This document shows positions 49,069-63,040 of a DNA stretch of 64,000 nt, piece after piece. Both the position numbers and the translations under genes were made by a program. Location: the NCBI RefSeq assembly GCF_044704955.1, contig NC_092007.1, positions 4,960,001-5,024,000 of the forward strand, in the 5' to 3' direction. A model generated the notes under the pieces. The model saw only the letters and a program-made list of their open reading frames with translations, ran no database searches and was not told where the DNA came from. Each line of letters begins with the position of its first letter. The stretch's first letter is position 1. This DNA is from Pristiophorus japonicus (Eukaryota).

Positions 49069-52000
49069 TCAGCTCTGACTGGTGAGAAATAACGTAATAA
49101 AAAAGTACTGGGTCAATTCAGCAATAAATACATCTGCAAATGTCTTCTCCTACCTCTATGACGAACAAAACGAGTTTCAATTGATAACAATGTCGATGAG
49201 GTACATCACCTAACAGAGCAACTAAGATTTGCCCGCAATGATATTAGCCCCAGGAGCGGATTCTACCCGTTCCAGTCCAGCAATTCTTGCTCATATGCTG
49301 AAATTCTGACGACACGTTATTTTGAAATCTCTCTTTATTACCCCACGAGTTGCAGTAATTATTCCCATACCCGTGTGAGTCTATTTCTTTCATCACCAAG
49401 ACAATGATGGCAATCAGAATGAGAACGGCAGCAGCGGTTCTGATTGACATGGCGATTTTCCAAAATGATCCTGAAAATATTCAACAACAAAAAACACGCT
49501 CTTCATTATTGCTCTGATTAACCCAGGTTTCTCGATAGCATTTAACAACATGTATGGGACTATTAAGATAGAAATCAACTCACATTTATTTAGTGCTTTT
49601 CCCAACCTCGCAACCCACTTTACAGCCAATGAAGTACGATGGAAGTTTATTCACTGTTGCACTGTAGGTAACGTGGCAGCTGTATTGCGCATAGCATGCT
49701 CCCACAAACAGCGATGAGATAAATAAGCAGATAATCTCTTTCAGTATTACTGGTTGAGGGATAAATAATTGCCAAGGCATCGGAGAAGGATCCGCCTGCT
49801 CGTCTTCAATCGATTCAGTATTACAGCATCCCTTAGAAAATGCAGCTATACATATCGCATACTCGAATCTGCTCCTCCGTTATCCGATATCTTAATTCAG
49901 TCCATAAGTTGCGTTTAAAGTTATTCTGCGCCAATTGTCAGTATTTTGACACGTGATAGTTTGCTCAGAATATCAATAAAACTGACATTCGGCTGAAAAA
50001 ACTGCGTGAAAATAAATTGAACTGAGCATTTGTAAATTGAATGATGGACTGTGTCCCACTAATGTTACAGTGAGCGCAAATATGGTTTCATAGAGTGTGT
50101 CACTAATTCAGAAAATTCTGTTTTATAAACGATGACACATTCCTTCTAGTGTTTTATATTACACTTTCTATCTTCGTTAAAAAAGGCGACAATAATCAAA
50201 TTCAGAAGACCAAAATATAAACTTGACGGGGATTATTCTCATCTGAATTTCGCGAGCAGCATGAACCAGAGCCAAACACTACTAAAATTAAGAATGGTAT
50301 ACGTCCTAAATTGCAAATAATCAGAGAAAAATACAACATTACTGCATAGGAGGAGGACATTCGGCCCATCATGTTCCTGCCGGCCAATTTAGCATTATCC
50401 AGCCTAATTCCATTTTCAAGCTCATCGTCATATCCAACTAAATGCTATGGGAGAGTGTGCCTCTAAATTCTTTCGGGCGGTGATTTGCAGAGCACGACCA
50501 TCCTCTGGTGAAAGCATATCATCTCAAATCCCCTCTAATCCTTCTACAAATTACTTTAAATAAGTATGGTATTACGGACTCAGTGGAATTATTGCCTTCT
50601 CAGGGATACTCTGAAATAGCTGCAAGCCCTCCGGAGTGAAGCTGTGTGGCAAAGTTAAATCTGAGCATCGATCAAGTGATTGAGAGCCTGCAGCTCACTA
50701 CCATTACAATGAAAGGAAACCAGACGTCATAAAGTCTCCGATTAATTCAGAAGGACTCGCTTGTTTAACGATCATACGCTACCTTTACTGTTTAATGTTA
50801 ACCCCTTCCTCTCTTCACAAGCACAGTGCGACCATAACTTAATTCAGAAAATCAGTGATTACATTTTACATTTTTCCAACAATTTTAAGATAGCAGACAG
50901 TCACTAACCAGACAATTACTCTACTGAAATTAGCAATGGATTCAGTCCTCAATCATAGATCAGTAAGTTAATACAAGCTCAAATGGAACTGATATTTGCT
51001 GACACTAATTCTGTTCACTTAGTATCGGGCCAATGATGGAATAAACCAGCTACTTTAATCAAGCAAATCTCAACACTCACCTGTTGAACAGATCTGATAT
51101 TTGCCGACTCTAACACCGTGTTCGTTCCATGCAACACAGGAGATATGGTGTCCTGTAGCGGTTGGGTGGGTCAGTGTCAGAGAGCTCTGCACCAGGGAAT
51201 TATTCATTGACCGGGCGTTGACTCCGAGACCTGGCATGTTTCCAGTGATGTTTCTTCCATTGACGCTCCAGGTGATGTTTGCCGGGGGCTTGGCTCTTAC
51301 ACTGCAGGTACAATGAAACCCACTCTCAAATCTGGTGCAGGTCGGGCCCCATACTATGGTGGGTTTAACTGAAAAAATAGACATGTTCGACTTAAGATGA
51401 TTTTAATCATGCAGTTGCATTGTTTAAGTTAAACCAATTGGCGCTATTTGGAGAAGCACAGGAGTGAACACAAAGCCCGGCATTACCAATAAAAATAACT
51501 TGCATTTCAACTTGCATTCCAATCTCCAGTTCTGATGAAAGGTCCGCGGCCCGAATCGTTAACTCTGCCTTCTTTGCACAGATGCTGCCTGACCTGCTGA
51601 GTTTTGCAGCATTTTCAGATTTTATTCCAGATTCTCGCACCGCAGTTTTTTGCTTTTTTTAATTTGCATTAATATAGCGCCGCTAACGTGGCAAAAATTC
51701 CCAATGAGCTTCAAAAGTTCACAGAAGACTACATCGGAAGGTTGGCACAGAAACGGTACAGTTGGCTCAACCACTCAATGTCTGAGTTAATGCTCCACTC
51801 GAGCCTCCTCCCGTCTTTCCTCATCTAAAGCTATCAGCATAACGCTCTATTCCCTTCTCCCTCATACGCTTTTTCAACATCACTTTACATGCATCTGTTC
51901 AATCAGCTTCAACCACTCGCTGTAAAGAAGTTCCTTCTGAATTCTCTCTGGGATATATCTTTTTGTCTACCCTATAAAAACCTTTCGTCATTTTAAAGAT

Positions 52001-55000
52001 GTCAATTAGATCACTCCTCAGCCTTCTATTTTCAAGTGAAAAAAGACCCCAAAGAGCGTTAGCAAACAACATTTGATACGGATCATTCCTGTACCGTTAC
52101 AAATTTAATTGGCTCACATCACACTGACATTGTACAGAAATCTGTGTAGATCTGTTGGCGGTGCTCAGGTTATTTTCAGCCACGCAATAATACTCGCCGT
52201 CATCTTCAGAACTAATGTTGTGAAATGTGTGCTTCAGTTCACCGGTGGATGATCTGCTGATCTCAGTGACAACTCGGACCAATGTTAAATTGACGGGCTG
52301 GTCACCCAGAGCCCTGCAGTACAATAATAATGAAGTGCCCTCCACTATTACGATAGAAGAATTGAAGCTTGGTTTCTCCAGTGCATCTGAAACACACGAG
52401 AGCATTGGTGTTATTGGAGAATATCGGAGCAGAAGAGTAAAGACAATTTGGCAATTGAAGAATAATATTAAAGCCGATATGGTGGCTACATTGCCAAATC
52501 TAAATTTAAAAAGCCAGCCTATGATTGTTGGCGCGATGCTGCTTAAGCTTATTTTAAATTTAGACCAAATTTATCTCAACGTTTTATCCTCTTCACTTCA
52601 AACGTTTGTAGTGACTGCCTGGACGTGATTCTTTTCCACAGAAACATCAATCAAGCGGCCATTCCTCCAACAACAAGAACAGTGGCCTTTCCCATCACTT
52701 GAACAGAGCTGTTGAGGCGGATTGCAGGCTCCCGACCACCACCGCTGATAACTCGTCACATACACGTATGTTTCAGATGCTCTCTCGGTGCAACTATATC
52801 AGGAATTAGGAGCCTTTGGAATAACATTTGACATAAGTAGCATCTATGGAGCCTTCCAATGTTACTCCCTGGGTCTTTGTCAATGTGAAATAATACAACT
52901 CACAAGAAATGTTTGATAGTCAGTTCGACCCAATAGTTATAGGAATATATCTTACACTTCGAGTACGTTCCGCTATTCAATTAGATCATGGCTCATCCAT
53001 ATGGTAGCTCTGCCTACCCGCCTGTGCTTTATCCTTATTTTTAAAAACTATCCATCACATATGTTGTATATTTAATTATCTAGGCGAGCTATCACTCCAC
53101 TGAGCATCAAGACAAGTTTGGATCCTGTTTATCAAAGGATGGTGCAATGCAGGGTACAGCAGATACTTACTTTGAATGTGCAGTGTGAGAGTTTCTTGAA
53201 AACTCCCCACAACACCATCAACGACAAGCTGACATCCCAGCGTTTTCCCATTGTGGTCTGGTGTTGGGTTGAAGATGAATATTGTTGAAACAGCCCATGA
53301 TCCCTCCAACCTGTTGTCTCTGTATTTGGAATTTTTAGTCTCTTGCAGCAAACGAACATTATCCTCGTCCTGAATCCACGTCAGTTCTGGATTGGCGGAG
53401 GGGCAGCTGGAGGTGACTGAGCAGGTTAAATGTACGGGCTTTCCAGCAATCAATTCCCCAGGGACTGAAATCCATGACTCATCTGTAAGCAGTGAAAGGA
53501 ATTCGTGTGACTGTCGATTTCAATATAACACATGTGGAGGGAAGGGCCAGGCGGTTCAGTTCAATGTCTGAGATAATACCATGAGCAAAAATGTATATGT
53601 TTTCCACTTGATCTCTGCTGTGGGAAGGAGCCGATTGTTAATTATTACTTACGGTCACAGAATCAATCGATTGATACATGTGTTCATGAACTTAATGTCC
53701 TGCCACAATATGAATGACTTATTCATGTGGGCTTGTTTCTGATCGGTCAGTCACCGCTCTGCAGCACACAATTATTTCAATTCAAATTGAGGTCAGAAAA
53801 AACATTCAAAACAGAGTCCCAAATTTGGTTCCTTGAGTGTACCTGGGATATTCTTAGTCCAACGGCTCACTCTCACGTGGAACAGTTGATTTAGCCATTG
53901 CTTATTTTTATTCTTGCTTTTAATTCATTTTCTCTCATTTAGTCTCGCGATAGGAGTGCCACAACTAACCTTCAGGACGAGGGACACGCTTAACTAACCT
54001 GGTTTGTTACTGTTACCAACAGCGGGACAGTGCACAACTATGAGAAGAAAGCAAGACCAGGTTGCGGGTTCAAGACTCATTTCAGAGACTTAAGCACAAC
54101 CTGTAGCCTGACACTCCAGTGCAGTACTGATGCATTGTCACAATGCCGAAGATTCCATTTTACGGATGAGATATTAACCTGTTCTCCTAATTTACCTCTC
54201 AAGTGTACATAACAGTTCGCGCAGTATTATTTTGAATGAGCCTTTGTCCTCGTTAACTTTGATTGATCGACGCGTTATCTGCAAGGCTGGTGGATGTTTT
54301 AAAAGACAAATACAGATGTCCTTCAGCCGTGGTGGGCCGAAGGGCCTCTTAATGTAATGTAAGATTAAATATTTCTATGATTGTATTCTATAACACACAC
54401 CTGGATATTATTCAGTGTACCAGCCCTGCAGAGATGGCGTGTGACGTGGGCCAATGTCAACATGAAATCTTTCATTTTAGGCAAAAATTGAATGGCATTG
54501 GCGAGATGGAACATTAACTACAAAAGGAAAAATTCAAAATAACTTACTTAAAATAGAAAGATTGACAGGAGTTTTGGAACCGTATCCTTCTATCTGATCC
54601 TGGGAGTTCATGATCTTCAATATGAAGTAATATTCTCCTCCATCGCTCTCCCTGATGTCCTTTAACCGTAAGGAGCATTGCTTCTTTATAAAGTCGCCGG
54701 CTAACTCTGCCCTCCCTCGATAGTCATGGTGCATATTGTCTGCATCTCTGGAATCATAGATAACCGAGACCCCTGGTGCATAAAGATGAGGACTCCCCTT
54801 TAACCACATACCCTGTGGATTGCGACCATTCGTGAGATAGTCAAATCTACACGGGATCTTTGCACATGAACCCTTCACCGCCGATAAACTCCATGGTGTC
54901 GTCACAGACCATCGTGAACTACGTACAACTGGTGAAGAAATAGAAATTAAACATCCATTGAAATCCCCAATATGAATACTTTCCCTCATCGACAGGTTAA

Positions 55001-55346
55001 ATACTATTCCGTTAACCTTTGACGCCCACGAAAACATATTAATTAGTACCTCAATGAAAAGGCGTTAAATTTTAATTAAAACTCCTCCAATTCCATTAAC
55101 TACTCCATTGAAAGCCGGCAAATCAGAAAGTAAATATTAAATCAATATGATAAATACATAAAGAAGTTCTGAATAAAACATATTAAAGGTGCAATTCACA
55201 AATTACTAGTTAAGCATGTACTATCTCTATAAAGTAAGAACGTTTTAATTGAACACAAAATGGAAATCGTTTCGAACATCAATTAGTAAACTGAACATTT
55301 TACCTTTACAGAATATCAGAATGGAGATAAATGTTAAACTCTTCAT
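49069..55346 (-). CDS. Copy D: Siglec-like activating-type receptor, apparently intact
   Basis: Exons: 55304-55346, 54548-54928, 53171-53482 (AG intact), 52129-52386, 51081-51368, 49371-49470 (TM Arg); probable stop exon 49069-49078. Confidence 0.8.
49371..49470 (-). CDS. Copy D transmembrane exon with Arg
   Basis: Same splice sites as copy B. Confidence 0.85.
51081..51368 (-). CDS. Copy D membrane-proximal Ig exon
   Basis: GT-AG intact, 288 nt. Confidence 0.9.
52129..52386 (-). CDS. Copy D Ig domain 3 exon
   Basis: Open frame; donor GTCAGT. Confidence 0.85.
53171..53482 (-). CDS. Copy D Ig domain 2 exon
   Basis: GT-AG intact. Confidence 0.9.
54548..54928 (-). CDS. Copy D V-set exon
   Basis: GT-AG intact; P->L in CRFDYLT. 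Confidence 0.9.
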
Positions 55347-58300
55347 GGGTGGAGCGGTTCACGATGTCAAAATGACAGAAATTGACTCAATCTCAGATAT
55401 CACTAATCTAGTTCCAGATTCCGTTCGCCGGTAATATCCTGGAGTTTACAGTTGACCGAATCAGAGTATCAGCAGGTCAGTTGAAAGCTATCCAACAAAC
55501 ATTCGACACCGTGGTTGCTCAAACAGCTATCACCACTCCTCGGATGTTGCTCATCAAAACTGCTGCAATTCTGGATCATTTCGAATGTGACCGTGTCCTG
55601 TAGTAATTGGCCCGCAGTTACAGGATATGCTGAGACCCCGCCTGTTGCTGATTAGCCCTGAGCAGAAATATACCAATTTCCCCTTCATCAGCACAGCTAC
55701 AGGGCACGGGGTGGCATTCTAGTTTGGAATACAGAATAAATGTTCGGACACTGAAATATGTAGAGGAACAAAGTGTCCTTGGAGTGCAAGTCCACCGATC
55801 CCTGAAGGTAGCAGGACAGGCAGATAAGCTGCTTAAGAAGGCATACGGAATACTAGCATTTATTAGTCAAGGTGCAGAATACAAGAACAAAGAGGTTATT
55901 CTTGAACTGTATAAAACACTAATTGGACCACTGCTAGAGTACTGTGTGCAGTTCTGGTCTTCACTTTACAGGAAAGATGTGATGCACCAGAGAGGGTATG
56001 TTGCCTTTAATGGAGAATCTTATATTTGAGGAACGGGACTATAGGCTGGGGTAGTATTCTTTGAAATAGATGAGTCTGAAGGAAGATTAAATTGAGCAGT
56101 ATTACATTATGAGAGGCCTGGATAGAGTGGATAAGAAGGACCTACTTCCTTTAGCAGAGGGGTCAATAACGATGGGGCATAGATTAAAAGTAATTGGTAG
56201 GAGGTGTAGTGGGCATTTGAGGAGAATTATTTTCAGCCAGAGGGTGATGGGGGAAAGGAATCACTGCCTCAAAGCATGGTAGAGACAGAAACCCTCAGCA
56301 TCTAAAAATTACGTGGATGTGCACTTGAAGTGCTGTAACCTACAGGGATATGGAGCGAGAGCTGGAAATGGGATTAGGCTGGCATCGCTGAAATTAACGG
56401 ACTTATATCCAGGTTGCTGCAATGAAACTTTTCTGATGATTCTGATTACAGTGCTGGAACTGTGAGTTGTGATTCAGCTTTTAGATTCGAGGGTCTATGT
56501 AGCTGGAAGCAATGTGGAAATTTGTCTACAGGAATATATCCCTTCACATTCTATGTTACAAGAAGGACATAGATGAACTGGAGAAGGTGCGAATCAGATT
56601 TTCAAAAAGTAGACCAGAAATGGGAGAATATAAACAGCAGGAAAGTCTGAACGGTCTGGCAAGCTTTCCTCTAGAAAAGAGAAGGTGGAGGGATGACATA
56701 ATAGAGGCCTTTAAAATGATGAAGGGGTTTGATAGGATAGATGAAGCGGAGATTTTCCACTTGTGCGGGGATCAAAACCAGAGTTCATCGATATGAGATA
56801 GTCATTCAGAAATAACAGAAGGAATTCAGGAGAACCTTATTTACCCAGAGAATGGTGAGAATGTGGAAGTTGCTACCACACGGAGGGATTGAGGCGAATA
56901 GTATAGATGTGTTTAAGAGGCAGCTAGATAGCTACATGAGGGAGAAAGGAATATGCTGCTGGATGAAATAAACTTGGGAGGAGAAAGCTCCGGTGGAGCA
57001 TAAACGTTGCCTTGGACAAGTTGGGCCCAATTGCATGTTTCTTTGCTGCACATTTGATGTAATTAACCCTGAATTAATTGCATCAAGTTTGCTGAGTCTC
57101 TCACTATATTCAAGGATGCGATAGATAGATATTTGTAGTTTAGAGAATGAAGGCTATGTGGAGAGGGCGGGAATTTGCTAAGGTCGATGATCAGCTATGA
57201 CCTCATTGAATGGCGGAGCAGGCTTGAGGGGCCATGTTGGCTACTCCTGCTACTATTTCTTATGCACTTTTGTTCTTTATTATGGTTCTGTGTCGACAAT
57301 GAGCTCTACGTTTGTTTTTTATTTATTTTTATTTTGTTTCTGTCTTGACTGGTGTATGGAATGTGTATTCAACTCAGGCGCCAGCTTGGTTTATCTGTCT
57401 AGATTAGGGATGTGTGTTCAGATCCAGGACTCAGGTGTTTAACAATACCTGACTCCATATGCCTGCTCTGTCCCAGAGTGGAGGGTGATGCAATGTACTT
57501 TGCTCAATTACACTCCACACAAGGCCCAGCTTGCTTTGAGGCTCACGGGTTGGGTGTTGTGTAATCAGCATCTGGGCCTAGTAAGTGTTTACCACTGACT
57601 GTCCCTATGGTACATGCTTAGTGTCTCCCTCAGTGTCGCTGCCTCGAGGTGGGTTTATTTGCACCGTGTGTTGTGTAGCACCAGAGCGCGCTGTGAAGCG
57701 CTGGGTCCTATTTAGCGACTGTGTTGTTCTGGTTACCGCAACGCACAGCACCCTGCTATCTCTGGCGTACATGTAAGTGAATCATTGTGTACGACGGAGA
57801 TGGATGAAAGATATCTGTTGTCAAGCAACATCTCTTTATACCGTGTGCTGCATCTTGAAATTTCATGTTCTGTTTGCAGCTCTGTTTTTAACCCTTCAAG
57901 CAATGTGAGATCAGCTTTGACAGTGTGCTTGAGTGATTTATATGAAACACGGGTGGAAGCTACAAAGAGGATGCCGTTACCTCAGATCAGGGCAGTTGGT
58001 GCATGGGAACCCCATCCTCTTCCAGTTCCCCTGCAAGTCACAGCATAACCCTGATTTGAATATATATCACCCTCCCTGCAACAGAGATAGGGCAAAGTCC
58101 TAAAATCCCGGAACTCCGTCCTTAACAGCGCTGTGGGAGTACCTTCACCAGACGGGCTGCAGCGGTTGCAGAGCTCGGCTCATTACCAGCTTCTCAGGGG
58201 CGATTAGGGATGGGCAATAAATGAGACATTGCAAGCGATGCTCACATTCCAGGAGCGAATAAAAGATATGCAGCTGCATTTTTCCACGGTCCTCTCCCAC

Positions 58301-61300
58301 CTCCAATATTCAAATTATGCCCCTGTTCTGAAATGTATCTTTATTAGTAAAATGAGTTCCCGCCAGTACCTCAAACAACTAACCATTTTTAACTTGCAAG
58401 TCACGCAAATAATATCTCCAGGATTTTCGATAGGAGCGGAATTTTTATGATCCTGGCACTGGTTGGCTGGGATGGGGATTTATAATTGCTGATTGGCCCT
58501 TGGATTTTAAGAAAATCGACAATGCAATTGTGTATTGCAGTGTGTTGCCATTTCCTCGACTGCTCCTGCAGCCTGAGCTGATGTCGATTCCTTGGGCTCA
58601 GTGCGAAAGTGAAAGGCTTCTCCATGCAACAGCACCACACAGTGGCAGCCTGACGGCATTACAAGAGCTATTTTTCACTGCACCATCAGACACATCTTGG
58701 CTCAGCTGTGGCTAACATCCTCTATCATGCCAAGATTAACTCCTAGTTCACCTCACCTTACCCAACACGTTGCCGAAATGTACTTCAGCATCTACAGAAT
58801 GAAATAGGGGAATGTGTTATTCCTGATACAATGGACTTTCCACTTTTGTCCAACACATCGCACACTTGGATCTGTTCTCTCTCCACACATGCTCTCAATA
58901 GTAGCAACAGCTCTCACTCCTATTTGGATCAGTTTACAGACCAGGCACATGAGTCTTCAGTTGTACAAGCGAAATGCTTCCGGAACAAGTTGTAAACCTT
59001 GCGAAATTCCTCTTGTTAAGGTATACTGCTCTTACTGACAAACACGGTCTGGGCCTATTAGGTTGAATTGTTGTAAAGGGTGGAGTTCTGGCAAGGTGAA
59101 TTGTTACCATATTTCATGCACATTATTGTGTTTGATGCTTGGAACACAGTTATATCATGGAAATCACCGTGATTTTCTTTGCTGAATTGGGACATTGAGA
59201 CTATTTACTTTTCACAGTATCAAGTTCCCAGCATCGGTTTTTGGTCCTTGCACAATGAACTCACATGGTTGAGCAGATGTCCCACTGGGAATATCCTAAA
59301 GATGCACCATACCAATCGTTGTGGAAATAGCACGGCCCACTAAGTTCTTTGTTTTTAACTCGTGCTGTGCAATTCAATGGAACTAGTCGCAGTCCCACTA
59401 CTCTATCCTCACAGCGCTGTACATTATTCCCGTTTAAAATATATATCCAATATGGGTTTGAAAGTTACTATTGATTTTGATACTCCCAGATTTTCAGGCA
59501 GTGAATTCCATGTCATAACAATTCTCTGTCGATTCCCTGCAAATGTTTTCCAAATTTACTTTCCGGTGCCTTTCAGTTTAATGCAGAGCACACCAGTTAC
59601 CCACCTTCAACACTCACTCCCTCCACCACCGTGGTGCACCGTCTACAAGATGCACTGCAGCAACTCGCCAAGGCTTCTTCGGCAGCACCTCCCAAACCCG
59701 CCACTTCAAACACCTAGAAGGACAAGGGCAGCAGGCGCATGGGAACACGACCACCTCCACATTCCCCTCCCAGTCACACACCGTCCAGACTTGGAAATAT
59801 ATCGCCCGTTCTTTCATCGTCGCTGGGTCAAAATCCTGGAAAGTCCTCCACAACAGCGCTGTGATAGCACCTTCACCACACGGACTGCATCGGTTCAAGA
59901 AGGCAGCTCACCACCAATTTCTCAAGAGCAATAAGCAACGGGCAATATATTATGTCGTGCCACTGATAAAGAGTCAAACATAACTAATTACCCATTATTA
60001 TAAAATATCTCAGAAAATTATTTAATTGTTAAGCTTCTCTTGGGCTCAAATCGGGACCCTAATAAACCAGGTTGCATGTATGTTCCTGGGTTTTATTGAC
60101 AGGCTGAACATAATGGGAAGATTCAATTCTATTGGCATCATAACATCCTGGGAAAGCTTCACAATTTCAGTGGAAATAGTGAAGGAGGAAATTGTTGCCG
60201 AAAAGTATTTCCAATATAACAAAGTAGCTGGTATTACTCAGAAATATCCACGCTGTCCCAACCACATTTGCTGCATTGAGTAACAGGAGCATAGTTCCAC
60301 GATTCACTGCACTGTGTCTGACCGGGAGAAGGTGGAGGTTTATTTTGGATGTAAGTATAGCGTTCCACTCTCAGCACCTCTGTGCTCCAGTAACAAATAT
60401 CAAAATAAATTAGTTGTGATGTGTTTTAATGAAGCATTGCATAAACTAAAATATGACAAATTACAAGTTACATAACAGAATTATGCAATCATAGAAAGGT
60501 TACAGCACAGAAGACTATTTGACCCGTCGAACCCATGCCGACTCTCAGCTCGATCCACTCCTGCTCCCTTTTCCCGTGGTCCTGCATTTTTTCCCTTCAG
60601 ATATAATCTACCTCAGTTTTGAAAGATAAGATTGATTCTGCTGGCACCGCCCTTCCAGGCAATGAATTCCAGATCCCAACCACGCGCCGCATAAAAAGCA
60701 TTTATCTTACATCGCAATTTGCTTCTTTTGCCAATCACCTTAAATCTGTGTTTCTGGTTCTCGACCCTTCTGCCAATGGGAATAGTTTATCTCAATCTAC
60801 TCTGTACAGTCCCATCATGATTTTGAACTCCTCTATCAAATCTGCTCTCAATACTATCAGTTCCAAAGATAACAACCCCCCAGGTTCTCCAGTCTCTCCT
60901 CGTAACTGAAGTCCCACATTCTCGGAATCTTTCTCGTAAATCTTTACTGCACCTTCTCTGAAGCAGATGTATCTGTACCCAGTTGGGGCCGAACCAGTGT
61001 TTTATACAGGTTAATCATAACTTCCGCACTTTTGTACTCCCTACCACTATTTATGAGGCCAACTGGCCTTACCTAATTTAATTTGCAATTTTCTGCACAG
61101 ATTGATAATGAGCGGAATCTAATACAGACAGCAATACTTCAGAAACCACGCAGATGCATTGTTTCTTAAACACATGTTCCTAAATAGTACACGGCTTTTA
61201 AATTACCCTTTTGAAAACACAATAGTTTGTACAATATCTGTGTATTGTAAAGGTAACTGATTAGAATTGACACTGAGCTGTGAAGATTTATTATACTGTG

Positions 61301-62229
61301 TTGACTAATGCTGCCAAATGAATCCAATTAACTATGGAGAAGTTCCTCATTGACCGCCAGAGTTGTCTAAGACGTTAACAGAGGGACGTGTGTAATGCAA
61401 ACAATCTTAACATTACTGGGGAAGATTGCTACTTTATTAAAGCACATCAACACTGTTTAAAAGTGACTGGAACCATTCAAGCCAACGGCATTTCAGGCAT
61501 CTGTTTGGAGTGAAAACAAGTGTGGGATTGTAAATTTCACAAAGGCAAGGATGTTATGCCAACCCTTTATAAAATATCGGATTGGCCTCAACTGGAGAAT
61601 TCAGTCCAATTCTGGGCATCGCACATTAGGAAGGACGTGAAGGCCTGAGAGAGGGTGCAGAAAATATAGACGAGAATAGTCCCAATGACGAGGGACTTCA
61701 GTTACGTGGAGAGACTGGAGAAGCTGGGGTTGTTCTCCTTAGAGCAGAGACGTTGGAGAGGAGATTTGACAGTGGTGTTCAGAATCAAAAGTAGATAGAG
61801 AGAAATTGTTCCCATTGGAGGAAGGGTCAAGAACCAGAGGACACAGATTTAAGATGATTGCCAGAAGAACCAATGGCGATATGAGGAAAAAATATTACGC
61901 AGCGAGTGGTTAGGAGCTGGAATGCACTGCCTGGACGGGTGGTGGATGCAGATTCAATCGTGGCTTTCAAAAGAGAATTGGATATGTACCTGAAGGAGAA
62001 TAAATGCAAGGCTACAGGTAAAGGGCGGGGCAGTGGGATTGGCTGAAATGCTCTTGCAGAGATCCGGCACGGACTAGAAGGGGGCCAATGACCTCCTTTT
62101 TTGCTGTAACGATTTTAGAATTTTATTTTGTTTAAAAAAAACACAGTAAACAGAACTGAAAATATTAGCGATTAATCTGCGAAATATGCTCATTTTCACA
62201 GAAATTGCAGGCATATGAACTTTAAAATC

Positions 62230-62392
62230 ATTTAAATTTGCAGCATATTAACTGTAATCTTCATTCTTGAGACACCTTTCATATTTGTGAAAGTTTCAAA
62301 CTTCCAGCGATTGCCGCCGGAACCTCGACACTTTGCGCTGATTGGAAAGATGCTGTCCATCTGCGAGCAATGTTTCTCTCCTGGTCTTGGCT
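62230..62392 (-). pseudogene. Decayed ITIM-exon relic, copy E
   Basis: Homologous to 21550-21712. Confidence 0.78.
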
Positions 62393-62940
62393 CTGTAACA
62401 GAAAGCAGTGCGTTAGAAAAGGGTGTGAGGCCACTTTCTGTCCCAGAATAACCCTCTTTCTCGCTGCTCAGATCATTTTCAATCTTTCCCTACTCAATGA
62501 TGGAAACATTCTGAGCGTTGCAACATGCAGCACCTATGAAAGACGAACACGAAAATAACAGATGCCCCATCGAGCCTATCCCAAACAGTCAGGACGCAAC
62601 AATGCCTCAGGATTGCAACTCTCCCTCTCGGCACCATGTCAGCTCTGACTGGTGGGAAATAACGTAATAAAAAAGTACTGGGTCAATTCAGCAATAAATA
62701 CATCTGCAAATGTCTTCTCCTACCTCTATGACGAACAAAACGAGTTTCAATTGATAACAATGTCGATGAGGTACATCACCTAACAGAGCAACTAAGATTT
62801 GCCCGCAATGATATTAGCCCCAGGAGCGGATTCTACCCGTTCCAGTCCAGCAATTCTTGCTCATATGCTGAAATTCTGACGACACGTTATTTTGAAATCT
62901 CTCTTTATTACCCCACGAGTTGAAGTAATTATTCCCATAC

Positions 62941-63040
62941 CCGTGTGAGTCTATTTCTTTCATCACCAAGACAATGATGGCAATCAGAATGAGAACGGCA
63001 GCAGCGGTTCTGATTGACATGGCGATTTTCCAAAATGATC
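62941..63040 (-). CDS. Copy E transmembrane exon with Arg (ectodomain exons lie beyond the window end)
   Basis: GSFWKIAMSIRTAAAVLILIAIIVLVMKEIDSHG, same splice sites; probable stop exon 62639-62648. Confidence 0.8.
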
